From contig JBFMDQ010000004.1 of the NCBI GenBank assembly GCA_040753955.1, forward strand, positions 5,889-69,888: a stretch of 64,000 bases of DNA, read 5' to 3'. The position numbers and the translations under genes are program-made. The first letter of the stretch is position 1; each line of letters opens with the position of its first letter. Of this stretch, positions 47,990 through 58,154 are shown one piece after another. Source of the stretch: Nitrospirota bacterium. GTDB lineage: Bacteria > Nitrospirota > Thermodesulfovibrionia > Thermodesulfovibrionales > SM23-35. Under the pieces are notes generated by a model. It searched no databases, was not told the origin of the DNA, and saw only the letters and a list, made by a program, of their open reading frames with translations.

Positions 47990-48878
47990 ATGAAGAGATT
48001 TTATTTATTGACCTTGCTCTTAACCTTTTCTATTCTGCTTACAGCCTATGCTCACGCAGAGAAGAGAGCCGAAGCCACACCCGAGACCAAATATCATACT
48101 GTAAAGAAAGGTGATACCCTATCAGCCATATCGAAAAGGTATTCCATATCAGTCAGTGAACTCAAGGAAATCAATAACCTCAGATCAGTAAAACTCAGAC
48201 CTGGACAGAAACTCCTTGTTAAATGGATCGGACCGAAGACCTATACGGTCAGAAAAGGCGATAACATCTTTAAGATTGCCAGAAAATGTAATATTGATGC
48301 AGACGAACTGAAAGATATCAATGGCCTCGAGACAGATTTATTAAAACCGGGGCAGAAACTCCTTCTCGAACCTGAAGAGGAATTGAATGAACTAAAAAAA
48401 ATATGAGACAATACCCTCACAGGCTCGCATAGATGAAGGGATAGAAAAGGTAGTCGAATCTAAAGAACTCAGCGAAATCGGGCTGCAGGACAGAATTATC
48501 CTGTTCGCAAAAAAATTATTAAATGTTCCTTACAGGTTTGGTGGAAACAGCCTCATGGGAATTGACTGTTCAGCATATGTTCAGAAAGTATATGGCCTTC
48601 TCGAAATTAACTTGCCACGATCAGCAAGAGAGCAGTTCCATGCTGGAGAAATGGTTGAAAAAGATGACCTTTCCATCGGCGACTTAGTATTTTTTAGGAC
48701 ATACGCATCTTTCCCTTCGCATGTAGGTATTTATCTCGGAAATGACCTGTTTATACATGCCTCAAAAAAGGGCAGAAAGGTCACTATAGACAGCCTTAAT
48801 ACCCCCTATTATCTCAAGAGATTTATAGGGGCGAAGAGAATTATTGAAGGAGAGGGCGAAAAAGGAGAACTACACTAA
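47990..48878 (+). pseudogene. LysM-LysM-NlpC/P60 cell-wall peptidase split by a frameshift in an A8 tract
   Basis: 47990-48406 holds a signal peptide and two LysM repeats (YHTVKKGDTLSAISKRY.., YTVRKGDNIFKIARKC..). The NlpC/P60 domain (FAKKLLNVPYRFGGNSLMGIDCSAYVQKVY..HVGIYLG) lies in the adjacent frame, which opens exactly at the A8 run 48394-48401. A7 would fuse the two parts. Confidence 0.7.
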
Positions 48879-48892
48879 AGGATGAAGGATAA

Positions 48893-50815
48893 CTAACCTT
48901 CGTACATCACCTCTCCCATGTCTGATATATCATATCCTCCAAGCCCTATCACCATCTCCCTGAATTCAGCATCTTCTTTTATAATCTTCAGGAGATACTG
49001 TAGCATCTCGGTCTTGAAGAATTCATGAGGTATGGCAAGGTCATACCTCTCTTTTGCAACAGGGATAAAATCAAGACCCAGGGCCCTCGCAGATGCAAGG
49101 ATTGCAAGACCTGTGTCTGCAATCCCAGTAAGCACTGCTGATGCTACACCCATGTGTGTGTATTCTTCCCTTTCATAGCCTTTAACATCTTTCGGGTTTA
49201 TACCAAGTTTCCTCAAGCACTTGTCAGTAAGAAGCCTCGTCCCTGCACCTGACTGCCTGTTAACAAAAACAACATCATCTCTTGTTAAATCCTCAAATCC
49301 CTTTATGCTTTTGGGATTGCCTTTTAGCACAAGAAGGCCTTGCTCTCTATAGACAAGATTTACAAGTATAATCCTTTTATCAGAAAGGAGTCTTTTTATA
49401 AATGGTACATTGTAATCCCCTGTCTCCCCATCAAGAAGGTGCGTTCCTGCGAGATGTGCTTCGCCCTTTTTCAATGCCATCAGGCCGCCCACTGAGCCAA
49501 CATGGGCTGAGGAGAAGGAAAACTCTGGGTACCTCTTCTTTAATATGTTTGCAAGCAGATCAAGTGCATTGTCATGGCTTCCTATACAGACAACCGTATT
49601 TTCGATATCACCTTTAGATCTCATTAGCTCCACATCCACCTCTGTGCCTGCCCCGATACCTTCAGACATGGCAGGTATCCGGACAAAGCCATCAGCGCGC
49701 ACCAGAGACATAAGCACACCTGCCCCACGGCTAACGGGAGTTGCTATAAAATTATCTCCTACCTTCCCTACCTTTACCCTCAGGAATTCCTCATGCCCGA
49801 GGGTGGATGCAACCTGCCTCGAAATCTTTGCCCTGAGCATATCAGGCTTTTCAACCTCAAGGCCCTGCCATCTGTAGATAAGAGGCTTTGCAAATAACTG
49901 GAATGTTATATATGCAGATACAGGATAGCCAGGGATTCCAAGCACAGGTTTACCTTTCACCCATCCGAGGATAACAGGCTTGCCCGGCTTTATATTAACC
50001 CCGTGAAGCATCATTTCTCCAAGCTCTTCTATAGCCTTTGCGGTAAAATCCTCTGAACCAGCAGATGCACCGGCATTAACAACAATCAAATCTCCCATGT
50101 CAAGGGCTTCAAGTATCGCTTTTCTGATTTCATCAGGCCTGTCAGGCACTATCCTGAATCTCACTGGCTCTCCACCCCATTCAGAGACAAGACCACTCAG
50201 AATTCCCGAGTTGTATTCGATAATGTCACCCTTCTTTAATTCGGTGCCCGGTTCTACAATCTCCGTTCCTGTAGGTATAATGACTACCCTCGGCCTCCTC
50301 CTGACCACAATCTCCGTATGCCCACCTGCAAGCATTGCACCTATGTCAACAGGTCTTATCCTATGGTTCTCGGGGATTATCAACTCCGTTGCCACGATGT
50401 CTTCACCAATTACCCTCACATTCTGCCAGGGTGTTGCAGGCGAAATAATTTCAATAAAGTCACCCACTATATTCACATCCTCTATCATTATCACTGCATT
50501 AAACCCATCAGGCATGGGGTCACCTGTATCAATATACATCGCCTGCTCGCCTATCCTGAGTCTCCTGGGATTAGTTTCCGAGGCGCTGAATGTATCAGCG
50601 AACCTGACGGCGTAGCCGTCCATTGCTGATGAGTGATAGAAGGGAGACGAGATTTTTGCGATAACTGCCTTTGCAGTAATCCTTCCGAGAGAATCCTCAA
50701 ACCTAATTGTCTCACCTGAAAGAGGTCTTCCAACCCCTTCAGAATCAAGCTTCCTAAACCACTTTGTCAGCGCCTCATTTAAAGGTGTGCCTTCAAGATA
50801 GATTTTTCGGGACAT
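48893..50815 (-). CDS. moeA: molybdopterin molybdotransferase MoeA fused to a periplasmic-binding-protein-like (molybdate/tungstate-binding type) domain
   Basis: N-terminal 400 aa are MoeA-like (SPFYHSSAMDGYAV, GGVSVG-like GASAGSEDF region). The C-terminal about 230 aa have a PBP-like fold pattern (GSHDNALDLL..GTHLLD..NRQSGAGTR). Confidence 0.75.
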   Translation of the reverse strand: MSRKIYLEGTPLNEALTKWFRKLDSEGVGRPLSGETIRFEDSLGRITAKAVIAKISSPFYHSSAMDGYAVRFADTFSASETNPRRLRIGEQAMYIDTGDPMPDGFNAVIMIEDVNIVGDFIEIISPATPWQNVRVIGEDIVATELIIPENHRIRPVDIGAMLAGGHTEIVVRRRPRVVIIPTGTEIVEPGTELKKGDIIEYNSGILSGLVSEWGGEPVRFRIVPDRPDEIRKAILEALDMGDLIVVNAGASAGSEDFTAKAIEELGEMMLHGVNIKPGKPVILGWVKGKPVLGIPGYPVSAYITFQLFAKPLIYRWQGLEVEKPDMLRAKISRQVASTLGHEEFLRVKVGKVGDNFIATPVSRGAGVLMSLVRADGFVRIPAMSEGIGAGTEVDVELMRSKGDIENTVVCIGSHDNALDLLANILKKRYPEFSFSSAHVGSVGGLMALKKGEAHLAGTHLLDGETGDYNVPFIKRLLSDKRIILVNLVYREQGLLVLKGNPKSIKGFEDLTRDDVVFVNRQSGAGTRLLTDKCLRKLGINPKDVKGYEREEYTHMGVASAVLTGIADTGLAILASARALGLDFIPVAKERYDLAIPHEFFKTEMLQYLLKIIKEDAEFREMVIGLGGYDISDMGEVMYEG

Positions 50816-51165
50816 TATTCCCTGCCGAGCAACTTTCTTATCATGGACTTAAGTTCAACGAGGTCTGATGACTTAACAATATAAGCCTCTGAGGCCCATA
50901 CAGAAAAATCATTCCTGTAATCATAAGCAGTAGACATAATAATGGGCAACTTCGGTCTCTTCTCCTTCATCTGCCTCAGGAGATAGATACCATCTGCATC
51001 AGGCAATCGTATATCGAGCGTAACAAGGTCGGGACTCTCTCTCTCAAACATTTCCATTGCCTCAGCCCCATTAGCTGCTACGACAACTTCATAGCCCTCC
51101 TCAGTTAGCTCTTCTTTATAAAGCCTCTGGATATGCAGGTCATCATCAACAACGAGTATTTTCAT
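50815..51165 (-). CDS. single-domain response regulator (CheY-like receiver)
   Basis: MKILVVDDD..DLVTLDIRLPDADG..K (receiver Asp pocket), 116 aa, no output domain. Confidence 0.85.
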   Translation of the reverse strand: MKILVVDDDLHIQRLYKEELTEEGYEVVVAANGAEAMEMFERESPDLVTLDIRLPDADGIYLLRQMKEKRPKLPIIMSTAYDYRNDFSVWASEAYIVKSSDLVELKSMIRKLLGRE

Positions 51166-51166
51166 G

Positions 51167-53227
51167 TTACTCCCCCCCTACTTCTTCTCTAATTTTCAAT
51201 GGCAGAAACACCTTAAATGTGCTTCCCATGTTAGGTTTACTTTCGACCTCGATCCTTCCATTGTGTTTTTCTATAATCTTATGTGTGATCGTAAGTCCAA
51301 GGCCGGTACTGCCAGCACCCTTCGTAGTAAAAAACGGGTCGAATATAAACGGCATGACCTCCTCTGATATGCCATGACCGGTGTCTTTTATTTCGACTAC
51401 GACAGAGTCTTTCTCCACATATGTCTTAACAACAATTGTGCCATTGCTTCCGATAGCATGAACAGCATTTGTGAGGATATTGAGCAAGGCCTCTCTGACA
51501 TTACCAGGATCCATATACACCTCGAAGGGGGCGTTAAGTTCCTTAATAAGGACTATCTGCCTTTCTTCGAGCTCAGACTTTATCACAATAGTAACCTCAT
51601 CTACAAGGGAGTTAATATCTGCCATCTGCTCTTCAAGACTTACCCCTCTGACAAAGGCGAGAATCTCGCCGAGGACAATCTCGAGTCTCGCAATCTCTTT
51701 AGCAATTATCCCTGCATATTCCTTAAGATTTCCCCCTAAATTCTTTTCGAGTCTCCTTGCAAATCCACCAATAGAAACGAGAGGATTTCTTATATCATGT
51801 GCTACCTTTGCCGCAACCTCCCCGAGTGCCACCATCCTCTCCGCCAGAACGAGTTTCTCCTTTAGTTTCTTAATCTCTGTTATATCTGTGGCTACATGGA
51901 TCGTACCTATGAATTCCCCTGTGCCATCAAATATTGGGGAGCTCGAGGTAATGAAGGTCCCTCCAAGGTTCGGTTCTTCGAGTTCCTCGGCATAGGGCTT
52001 TTTTGTCTCGATAGTTTTATGATGAGGGCACTCTAACCATGGTTCGCTCCTGCCATGAAATACCTCATAGCACCTCTTTCCTATGATCTCTTCAGGCGGT
52101 TTCCCCAACCTTTCACTGACAGCCTTATTAACCTTTCTAATCACATAATCCTTACTGGTGAAAAAGACCATATCTGATATTGACTTAAATATGTTTTCAA
52201 GCTCCCGTTCTGCAAGGGCAACCTGCTCGAAGAGCCTTGCGCTCTCTACAGCGCTTGCGACGTGGTTCGAAAAGGCGCTCAAAAACCTCATATCCTCCTC
52301 GAGGATAGGTCTCCTGTTAAAATGGTTGTCAACCCAGATAACACCTATTACCTTATCTCTCGATATCAGAGGTGCGACGGCATAAGCCTGCGTGCCTAAC
52401 TGCTGTGTGAGGACAGCATCCGAGAGTGACTCCTCTTTTACATTCTGAATATTAAAGGGCCACTTCTCTTTAACCGTTTTTGTAAGGATTGTTTCCTCTG
52501 ATAGAGGTATCTCTATACCGAGGCTGAGCCTATCGAGAAATGAATCCTTTCTCAACGGCCCTGTCTCAATCTCATGAATCATATCAGACAGCGTTTTCTT
52601 CTCTAAGGAAAGCCTCTCCCATATCTGCCATGCCTCCTCATGGCTTGCAGGTCCAACTCCCATAGTCCCTTTCAACAAACCTTTATTTTCGTCAATGAGA
52701 AAGAGGATTGCACGGTTAAAGCCGAGGCCATCACTCATGGTTACCGCTGTTAATATCATCCTTAAAAGTCTGTCGAGTTCAAGTGTTCCCCTCATTGCCG
52801 AACTAATAAAGAAGAGTCTTGAAAGCTCCTGGTTTCTCCTTATCAGCTCCTTCTCCACGCGCTTTTTCTCCGAGATATCCCTCGATATGCAAGCAACTCC
52901 TGCAATCCTTCCTTCTACATCTCTTATCGGCGAGAGAGTAAGGCTGACCTCTGTGATCGTGCCATCTTTCCTCTGTCTGATGGTATCGAGATCCTTCAGG
53001 ACCTCTCCATTTCCTATCCTCTCGATGTTTTCCTTCTCAGCCCCAATAAGAAATTCCGGGACAAAGGGCAAAAATCTCCCCATGACCTCTTCCTTCGTGA
53101 AGCCATACATCTTCTCTGCACCCATATTCCATAATGTAACAATACCGTTCAGGTCAGAGATAACGATAGCATCTGCAAAATTGTCAATAATGCCTTGAAG
53201 GTACTCCTTATCCATCACAAATCCCAT
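51167..53227 (-). CDS. PAS-GAF-PAS sensor histidine kinase
   Basis: PAS (TLWNMGAEKMYGF), GAF region, second PAS, H-box AHDIRNPL, and N/G boxes NAVHA..DTGHGI..GLGL. Confidence 0.85.
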   Translation of the reverse strand: MGFVMDKEYLQGIIDNFADAIVISDLNGIVTLWNMGAEKMYGFTKEEVMGRFLPFVPEFLIGAEKENIERIGNGEVLKDLDTIRQRKDGTITEVSLTLSPIRDVEGRIAGVACISRDISEKKRVEKELIRRNQELSRLFFISSAMRGTLELDRLLRMILTAVTMSDGLGFNRAILFLIDENKGLLKGTMGVGPASHEEAWQIWERLSLEKKTLSDMIHEIETGPLRKDSFLDRLSLGIEIPLSEETILTKTVKEKWPFNIQNVKEESLSDAVLTQQLGTQAYAVAPLISRDKVIGVIWVDNHFNRRPILEEDMRFLSAFSNHVASAVESARLFEQVALAERELENIFKSISDMVFFTSKDYVIRKVNKAVSERLGKPPEEIIGKRCYEVFHGRSEPWLECPHHKTIETKKPYAEELEEPNLGGTFITSSSPIFDGTGEFIGTIHVATDITEIKKLKEKLVLAERMVALGEVAAKVAHDIRNPLVSIGGFARRLEKNLGGNLKEYAGIIAKEIARLEIVLGEILAFVRGVSLEEQMADINSLVDEVTIVIKSELEERQIVLIKELNAPFEVYMDPGNVREALLNILTNAVHAIGSNGTIVVKTYVEKDSVVVEIKDTGHGISEEVMPFIFDPFFTTKGAGSTGLGLTITHKIIEKHNGRIEVESKPNMGSTFKVFLPLKIREEVGGE

Positions 53228-54688
53228 TTAAACCATGCCCTTTCTCTTCTTAATAGCATAATCGTAGAGTTCAATGTATCTTTCTGCTGATCTCTTCCAC
53301 GAAAAGTCCGCCTTCATAGCATTTACGATTATCCTCTGCATTTTATCCCTATCAGTATAAACGCAGAGTGCCCTTTTTACAGCATCCAGCATTGCAGATG
53401 GGGTATAATCAGAAAAAAGGAATCCCGTTCCCTTTAAGGTCAGTGGGTAGAAGTCCTGGATAGTATCAGCAAGACCACCTGTCTTCCTCCCAATGGGAAT
53501 ACTGCCATACCTCATCGAAATAAGCTGGCCAAGTCCGCATGGCTCATACCTCGAAGGGGCGAGAAAGAAGTCTGAACCTGCATAAATCCTGTGGGCAAGT
53601 GGCTCTTCAAATCCAATTGTAACAGAGACCCTACCCTTATATCTGTTGGCAACCTCTGAAAAACCAATATGGAATGCCTCCTCCCCTTTGCCCAGGAGAA
53701 TAAGGTTTACACCTAAAGATAAAAGTTCCTCAATAGATTGCAGAACAAGGTCTAAACCTTTCTGAGCAGAGAGCCGGGTGATCATACCTATAAGGGGCCT
53801 TTCGAGTTTCTCAAGAGATACCTCCTTTACAAGCTGCCTCTTGCATTCTCTCCTACCCTGAAGATTTTTGATATTAAAATTTTTGGGTAAAAACCTATCC
53901 TTAAATGGATCCCACTCCTTATAATCTATACCATTTATAACACCATAGAGGTCTTTTTCTCTTCTCTGCAAAACGCCTTCGAGGCCAAAACCAGATTCCT
54001 TTTTTAGAATCTCTTTTGCATAGGTGTAACTAACCGTTGTCAGTACATCTGTAGATATGAGACCTGCCTTCAGAAAGTTTATCCTTCCATAAAACTCTAT
54101 ACCTTCAGGGTTAAAAAGCTCCCATCCAAGGCCAGTAAGGGACATCTCAGAGGCTGGAAAAAGCCCCTGATAACCAAGGTTATGTATTGTGAGTACAGTA
54201 GCTGTTTCATCGAAAAATTGATCTAATCTATATATTGTCTTGAGATATAAAGGTATAAGGCCTGTCTGCCAGTCATTACAGTGAATTACATCTGGTTTGA
54301 GGTTAAGTGCCTTGCATGTCTCTATTACTCCCCTTGAGAAGAATATAAATCGAGATGCATTATCAATATAATCTCCTTGAGGAGTACCATATAATTCCTC
54401 TCTGTCAAAAAATTCATCACAATCTATAAAGTAGGTTAAGGATTCGTCGCTGAATATCCCCCCCTCTATTTCTCTATCTCCTATAGGTACTTTTATCTTT
54501 AAACCCGTATTTTGTAGGGGCGTATAGCTATACGCCCCTACCTTCTTCATCTTTCTGTAAAGAGGCAGGATAATATATGCCTCCTTATTCATATCTCTAT
54601 ACTTCTTTATAAGCGCGCCTGCAACATCTGCAAGGCCCCCGGTCTTTGCATAAGGTACTGCCTCAGGAGTTGCAATCAGTATTCTCAT
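53228..54688 (-). CDS. glgA: glycogen synthase (ADP-glucose type)
   Basis: PYAKTGGLADV N-terminal motif, PSRYEPCGL, 486 aa. Confidence 0.9.
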   Translation of the reverse strand: MRILIATPEAVPYAKTGGLADVAGALIKKYRDMNKEAYIILPLYRKMKKVGAYSYTPLQNTGLKIKVPIGDREIEGGIFSDESLTYFIDCDEFFDREELYGTPQGDYIDNASRFIFFSRGVIETCKALNLKPDVIHCNDWQTGLIPLYLKTIYRLDQFFDETATVLTIHNLGYQGLFPASEMSLTGLGWELFNPEGIEFYGRINFLKAGLISTDVLTTVSYTYAKEILKKESGFGLEGVLQRREKDLYGVINGIDYKEWDPFKDRFLPKNFNIKNLQGRRECKRQLVKEVSLEKLERPLIGMITRLSAQKGLDLVLQSIEELLSLGVNLILLGKGEEAFHIGFSEVANRYKGRVSVTIGFEEPLAHRIYAGSDFFLAPSRYEPCGLGQLISMRYGSIPIGRKTGGLADTIQDFYPLTLKGTGFLFSDYTPSAMLDAVKRALCVYTDRDKMQRIIVNAMKADFSWKRSAERYIELYDYAIKKRKGMV

Positions 54689-55683
54689 ATCTTTGCCTCT
54701 CTCATAAACCTGGCTGCCTCCTCAGGAGGAGTGGGATTAATATAAAATCCCGAGCCCCACTCGAAACCGGCAATCTTGGTAAGCTTAGGAATAAGTTCCA
54801 GATGCCAGTGGTAGTACTCATTTATCTCATCGTGGAGAATGGATGTATGGATTACAAAATTATAAGGAGGTATATCGAGTATCCTGTCCATCTGTCTCAA
54901 GACCTTTTGAAGTATATCTGCAAGACCCGAAAAATCCTCTTCAGGTGGATAGAAATGGGGTTCATGCGCCTTTGGGAGAATCCACGTCTCAAAGGGCAAC
55001 CTCGATGCAAAGGGTGCGAGGGCAACGTAACCACCGTTTTGATATATTACCCTTCTGCCGTCTTCAAGTTCTTGATTTATAAGATCACAGAATATGCATC
55101 TTTCCTTAAATTCATAATACCTCCTGGATGCATCTATCTCCTCTTTAACAAGCCTGGGGATAATCGGGAGTGCTATCAACTGGGAATGCGTATGCTCAAG
55201 AGATGCACCTGCCACCTCTCCTTCATTTTTGAATACCATTACATATTTAAACCTCTCATCCCCTTTAAGGTCAGAAAGCCTGAAATAATACGCCCACAAT
55301 ACATCCTCAACCGCTTTTAATGGCATTGTCGAGAGAGATTGAAAATGCTCAGGTGTCTCTACAATTACCTCATGGGCGCCTATTCCATTCATCATATCAA
55401 AGACTCCCTCTCCCATCTTATTCAAGTCCCCATGGACTTGGAGGGCAGGGAATTTATTAGGCATAACCCTCAATCCCCACCCTGGCGAGTTCGGCTTTGT
55501 ATCGGGGGGTCTGAAGGCAAGTATCTCAGATGGAGTAGTATATTCATTACCGGGGCAGAATGGGCAAAAACCACCTTTCTTTCTCTGGGAGAAGGGGGAG
55601 ACAAAATCTGTTGGTCTTTTACCTCTTTCCACGGAGATGATAACCCAGCGGCCAGTCACAGGGTCCTTTCTAAGTTCGGACAA
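54685..55683 (-). CDS. galT: galactose-1-phosphate uridylyltransferase family (HIT-type hexose-1-P nucleotidyltransferase)
   Basis: CPFCPGNE zinc site and HTHSQ (HxHxQ) catalytic motif. 4-nt overlap with glgA. Confidence 0.8.
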   Translation of the reverse strand: MSELRKDPVTGRWVIISVERGKRPTDFVSPFSQRKKGGFCPFCPGNEYTTPSEILAFRPPDTKPNSPGWGLRVMPNKFPALQVHGDLNKMGEGVFDMMNGIGAHEVIVETPEHFQSLSTMPLKAVEDVLWAYYFRLSDLKGDERFKYVMVFKNEGEVAGASLEHTHSQLIALPIIPRLVKEEIDASRRYYEFKERCIFCDLINQELEDGRRVIYQNGGYVALAPFASRLPFETWILPKAHEPHFYPPEEDFSGLADILQKVLRQMDRILDIPPYNFVIHTSILHDEINEYYHWHLELIPKLTKIAGFEWGSGFYINPTPPEEAARFMREAKI

Positions 55684-55704
55684 ATTTCCTCCAAACTATC
55701 GTGA

Positions 55705-55767
55705 AACGTAAGGCGTCAGGCACAAGGAGTCTCAAAATCCCTTACGCCTAACGCTTAACGCCTAACG
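55705..55767. repeat. TAACGC-type short repeats with hairpin (upstream of galT)
   Basis: CGTAAGG...CCTTACG 7-bp stem followed by CTAACGCTTAACGCCTAACGG. Related ACGCGTAA/TAACGCGTAACG words occur at 63622-63650 between clpP and clpX. Confidence 0.5.
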
Positions 55768-55814
55768 GATTTTGGATTATTATATCATAACAGGATAATA
55801 GGATATAATAACTC

Positions 55815-56783
55815 ATGAAACCTACATTCATTCACAGGCTGATAAATAGCCCTTTTGAAGACCCCTCTCTTTTTATCAGGATAATAAGGGAAAGGAGGGC
55901 ATTTTTATTTGACATAGGCAGCATAGACAGACTTAAACCCGGTGATTTGCAAAAGATAACGGACGTCTTTGTAACGCATACGCATATAGACCATTTCATT
56001 GGATTTGATACACTTCTCAGGGCACTCCTCAGGAGGGAGAGGCCTCTGAGGATATATGGCCCTCCAAATATAACGGACTGTATAGAGGGTAAGCTAAGGG
56101 GCTACACATGGAATCTTGTAAAGGAATATCCTCTGAAGATAAAGGTCTTATGCATAAAGGGAGATAAAATAATCACCTCAAGCTTTCATGCCGAAAACTG
56201 CTTTGAGAGGATAGATAATGGTGTATCCGATTTCAATGGTACCATCTTAAGGGAGCCTTTATTCGGGGTAAAGGCTATCCAGTTAGACCATCAGGTGCCG
56301 TGCCTCGCCTTCTGCCTCGGGGAAGAATTTCACATTAACATAAATAAGGCTACCTTAATAGAGAGGGGACTTCCCGTTGGGCCATGGCTTTCAGAACTGA
56401 AAAGGGCTATCAGGGAGCAAAAATCAGGGGATACAGAGTTCATAATCTCTAACAGGGGATATAAGCTCGAAGAGTTGAGAGACATCGCAAAGATAACAAA
56501 AGGTCAAAAGGTCTCTTATGTCACTGATGTATCCTTAGATGACGAAAATATTAAAAAAATTGTTGAGTTTGTGCACGACTCTGATACACTTTACTGTGAG
56601 GCCTATTTCCTGGAAAAAGACAGAGACAGGGCATTGGAGAGGTTCCACCTTACAGCAAAGGCCGCCGGAAGGATTGCAAGAGAAGCGAAGGTCAAGAATC
56701 TTATCGTCATGCATTTTTCACCTAAATATAGAAGACAGCCAGAAACCCCAGAGGATGAGGCAATTAGGGAGTTCAAAGGCTAA
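55815..56783 (+). CDS. MBL-fold metallo-hydrolase (RNase Z/BN-like)
   Basis: HTHIDH metal-binding motif, 322 aa. Confidence 0.7.
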   Translation: MKPTFIHRLINSPFEDPSLFIRIIRERRAFLFDIGSIDRLKPGDLQKITDVFVTHTHIDHFIGFDTLLRALLRRERPLRIYGPPNITDCIEGKLRGYTWNLVKEYPLKIKVLCIKGDKIITSSFHAENCFERIDNGVSDFNGTILREPLFGVKAIQLDHQVPCLAFCLGEEFHININKATLIERGLPVGPWLSELKRAIREQKSGDTEFIISNRGYKLEELRDIAKITKGQKVSYVTDVSLDDENIKKIVEFVHDSDTLYCEAYFLEKDRDRALERFHLTAKAAGRIAREAKVKNLIVMHFSPKYRRQPETPEDEAIREFKG

Positions 56784-56824
56784 CCCCGCCATCCTCCCCT
56801 TAGTAAGGGGAGGTTAGGGAGGGG
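56784..56824. repeat. degenerate member of the polyC/polyG palindrome family in the convergent MBL/fabF gap
   Basis: CCCCGCCATCCTCCCC-TTAGTAA-GGGGAGGTTAGGGAGGGG, with the same TTAGTAA loop as copy 6787-6829. It overlaps the last fabF codons (..KTPP*) and is a possible bidirectional terminator. Confidence 0.65.
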
Positions 56825-58022
56825 TCTTGAAAACCAGCACCGCATTTACTCCACCGAAGCCGAAGGAATTAGATATAGCAGCCTCGATCTCGGCCTTTCT
56901 TGGTTGCCTCACATAATCGAGGTCACATTCAGGGTCACTTTCCTCCAGATTGATTGTAGGCGGGATAACTCCTTCATTTATACCCATTAGGGTGAAGGCT
57001 GCCTCAATGGCCCCCGATGAAGCAAGCATATGACCTGTCATGGATTTCACGGAGCTTACAGGGATGTCCTTTGCCTTTCTACCAAATACAATTTTTATCG
57101 CCTCTGCCTCTGTCTTATCACCAAGGGGTGTTGATGTGCCATGGGCATTAATATAGTCAATATCTTCAGGTCTCAACCCTGCCTCATCTATTGCCAGTCT
57201 CATCGCTTTCGCCTCACCCTCAGATAGGGGTATTGTTTGGTGAAATGCATCTGTTGTGTTACCATACCCTGCAATCCCTCCATAAATATTTGCACCTCTT
57301 TTTAATGCACTTTCATAATCTTCTATTACAAGAATGCAAGCGCCCTCTGCAATAACAAAACCATCCCTTGTCCTGTCAAAGGGCCTGCTCGCTGTAGAAT
57401 CATTAACCTTAGATAAAGCACCTGATACACCATATCCTTCAACACATACCCTGCATACAGGAGCCTCGGTACCACCACATAGCACAGGACCTCGATAGCC
57501 TGACTTGATTAACCTATATGCCTCACCTATTGCATTTGTGCCTGAGGCGCAGGCATTAGATATACCGAGACAGTAGCCTTTTATGCCCAGTTTCTGAGCA
57601 ACATAGGATGAGGCCATGCTGATTGTTGTTGAAGGCATAAGATAGGCAGATATGCGTGACGACTTAAGACTATTGACTATCGACTGTTCTATTGTGCTTA
57701 TTCCGCCGCGGCTTGACCCAATAATAACACCACCTAAAGTCAAATAGTCGTTTATCAGTCCTGCATCTTCCACAGCCATCATTGATGCAGCAACAGCATA
57801 ATGCACGAATGGGTCAAGACGGTTTATCTCTTTTTGAGAAAGATACTCCCCTGCATCAAATCCTTTTAATTCCCCTGCTACCTTCCATCTCATCTCAGAG
57901 ATATCAAATCTCCTTATAGGCCCTATGCCTGATGACCCGGCCTTTGCAGCCTTCCAGGACTCATAAAAGGAATTGCCGAGGGGACTAACAGCCCCGATAC
58001 CAGTAACAACAACCCGATTCAC
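56814..58022 (-). CDS. fabF: beta-ketoacyl-ACP synthase II
   Basis: VVVTGIGAVSPLG, active-site NACASG, HGTSTPLGD and GHMLASSG motifs. Confidence 0.85.
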   Translation of the reverse strand: MNRVVVTGIGAVSPLGNSFYESWKAAKAGSSGIGPIRRFDISEMRWKVAGELKGFDAGEYLSQKEINRLDPFVHYAVAASMMAVEDAGLINDYLTLGGVIIGSSRGGISTIEQSIVNSLKSSRISAYLMPSTTISMASSYVAQKLGIKGYCLGISNACASGTNAIGEAYRLIKSGYRGPVLCGGTEAPVCRVCVEGYGVSGALSKVNDSTASRPFDRTRDGFVIAEGACILVIEDYESALKRGANIYGGIAGYGNTTDAFHQTIPLSEGEAKAMRLAIDEAGLRPEDIDYINAHGTSTPLGDKTEAEAIKIVFGRKAKDIPVSSVKSMTGHMLASSGAIEAAFTLMGINEGVIPPTINLEESDPECDLDYVRQPRKAEIEAAISNSFGFGGVNAVLVFKTPP

Positions 58023-58154
58023 CTGAATCTTCCAATCGCATTATCTGGGTTCATTGTTAGCTATAATAGCATAGTGGAGTTTGCAATTCTCCTTAGATTT
58101 ATTGCTCTTATACATGTTATTATTGGCAGAACTCCCTATATATAAGGAGAGCAA

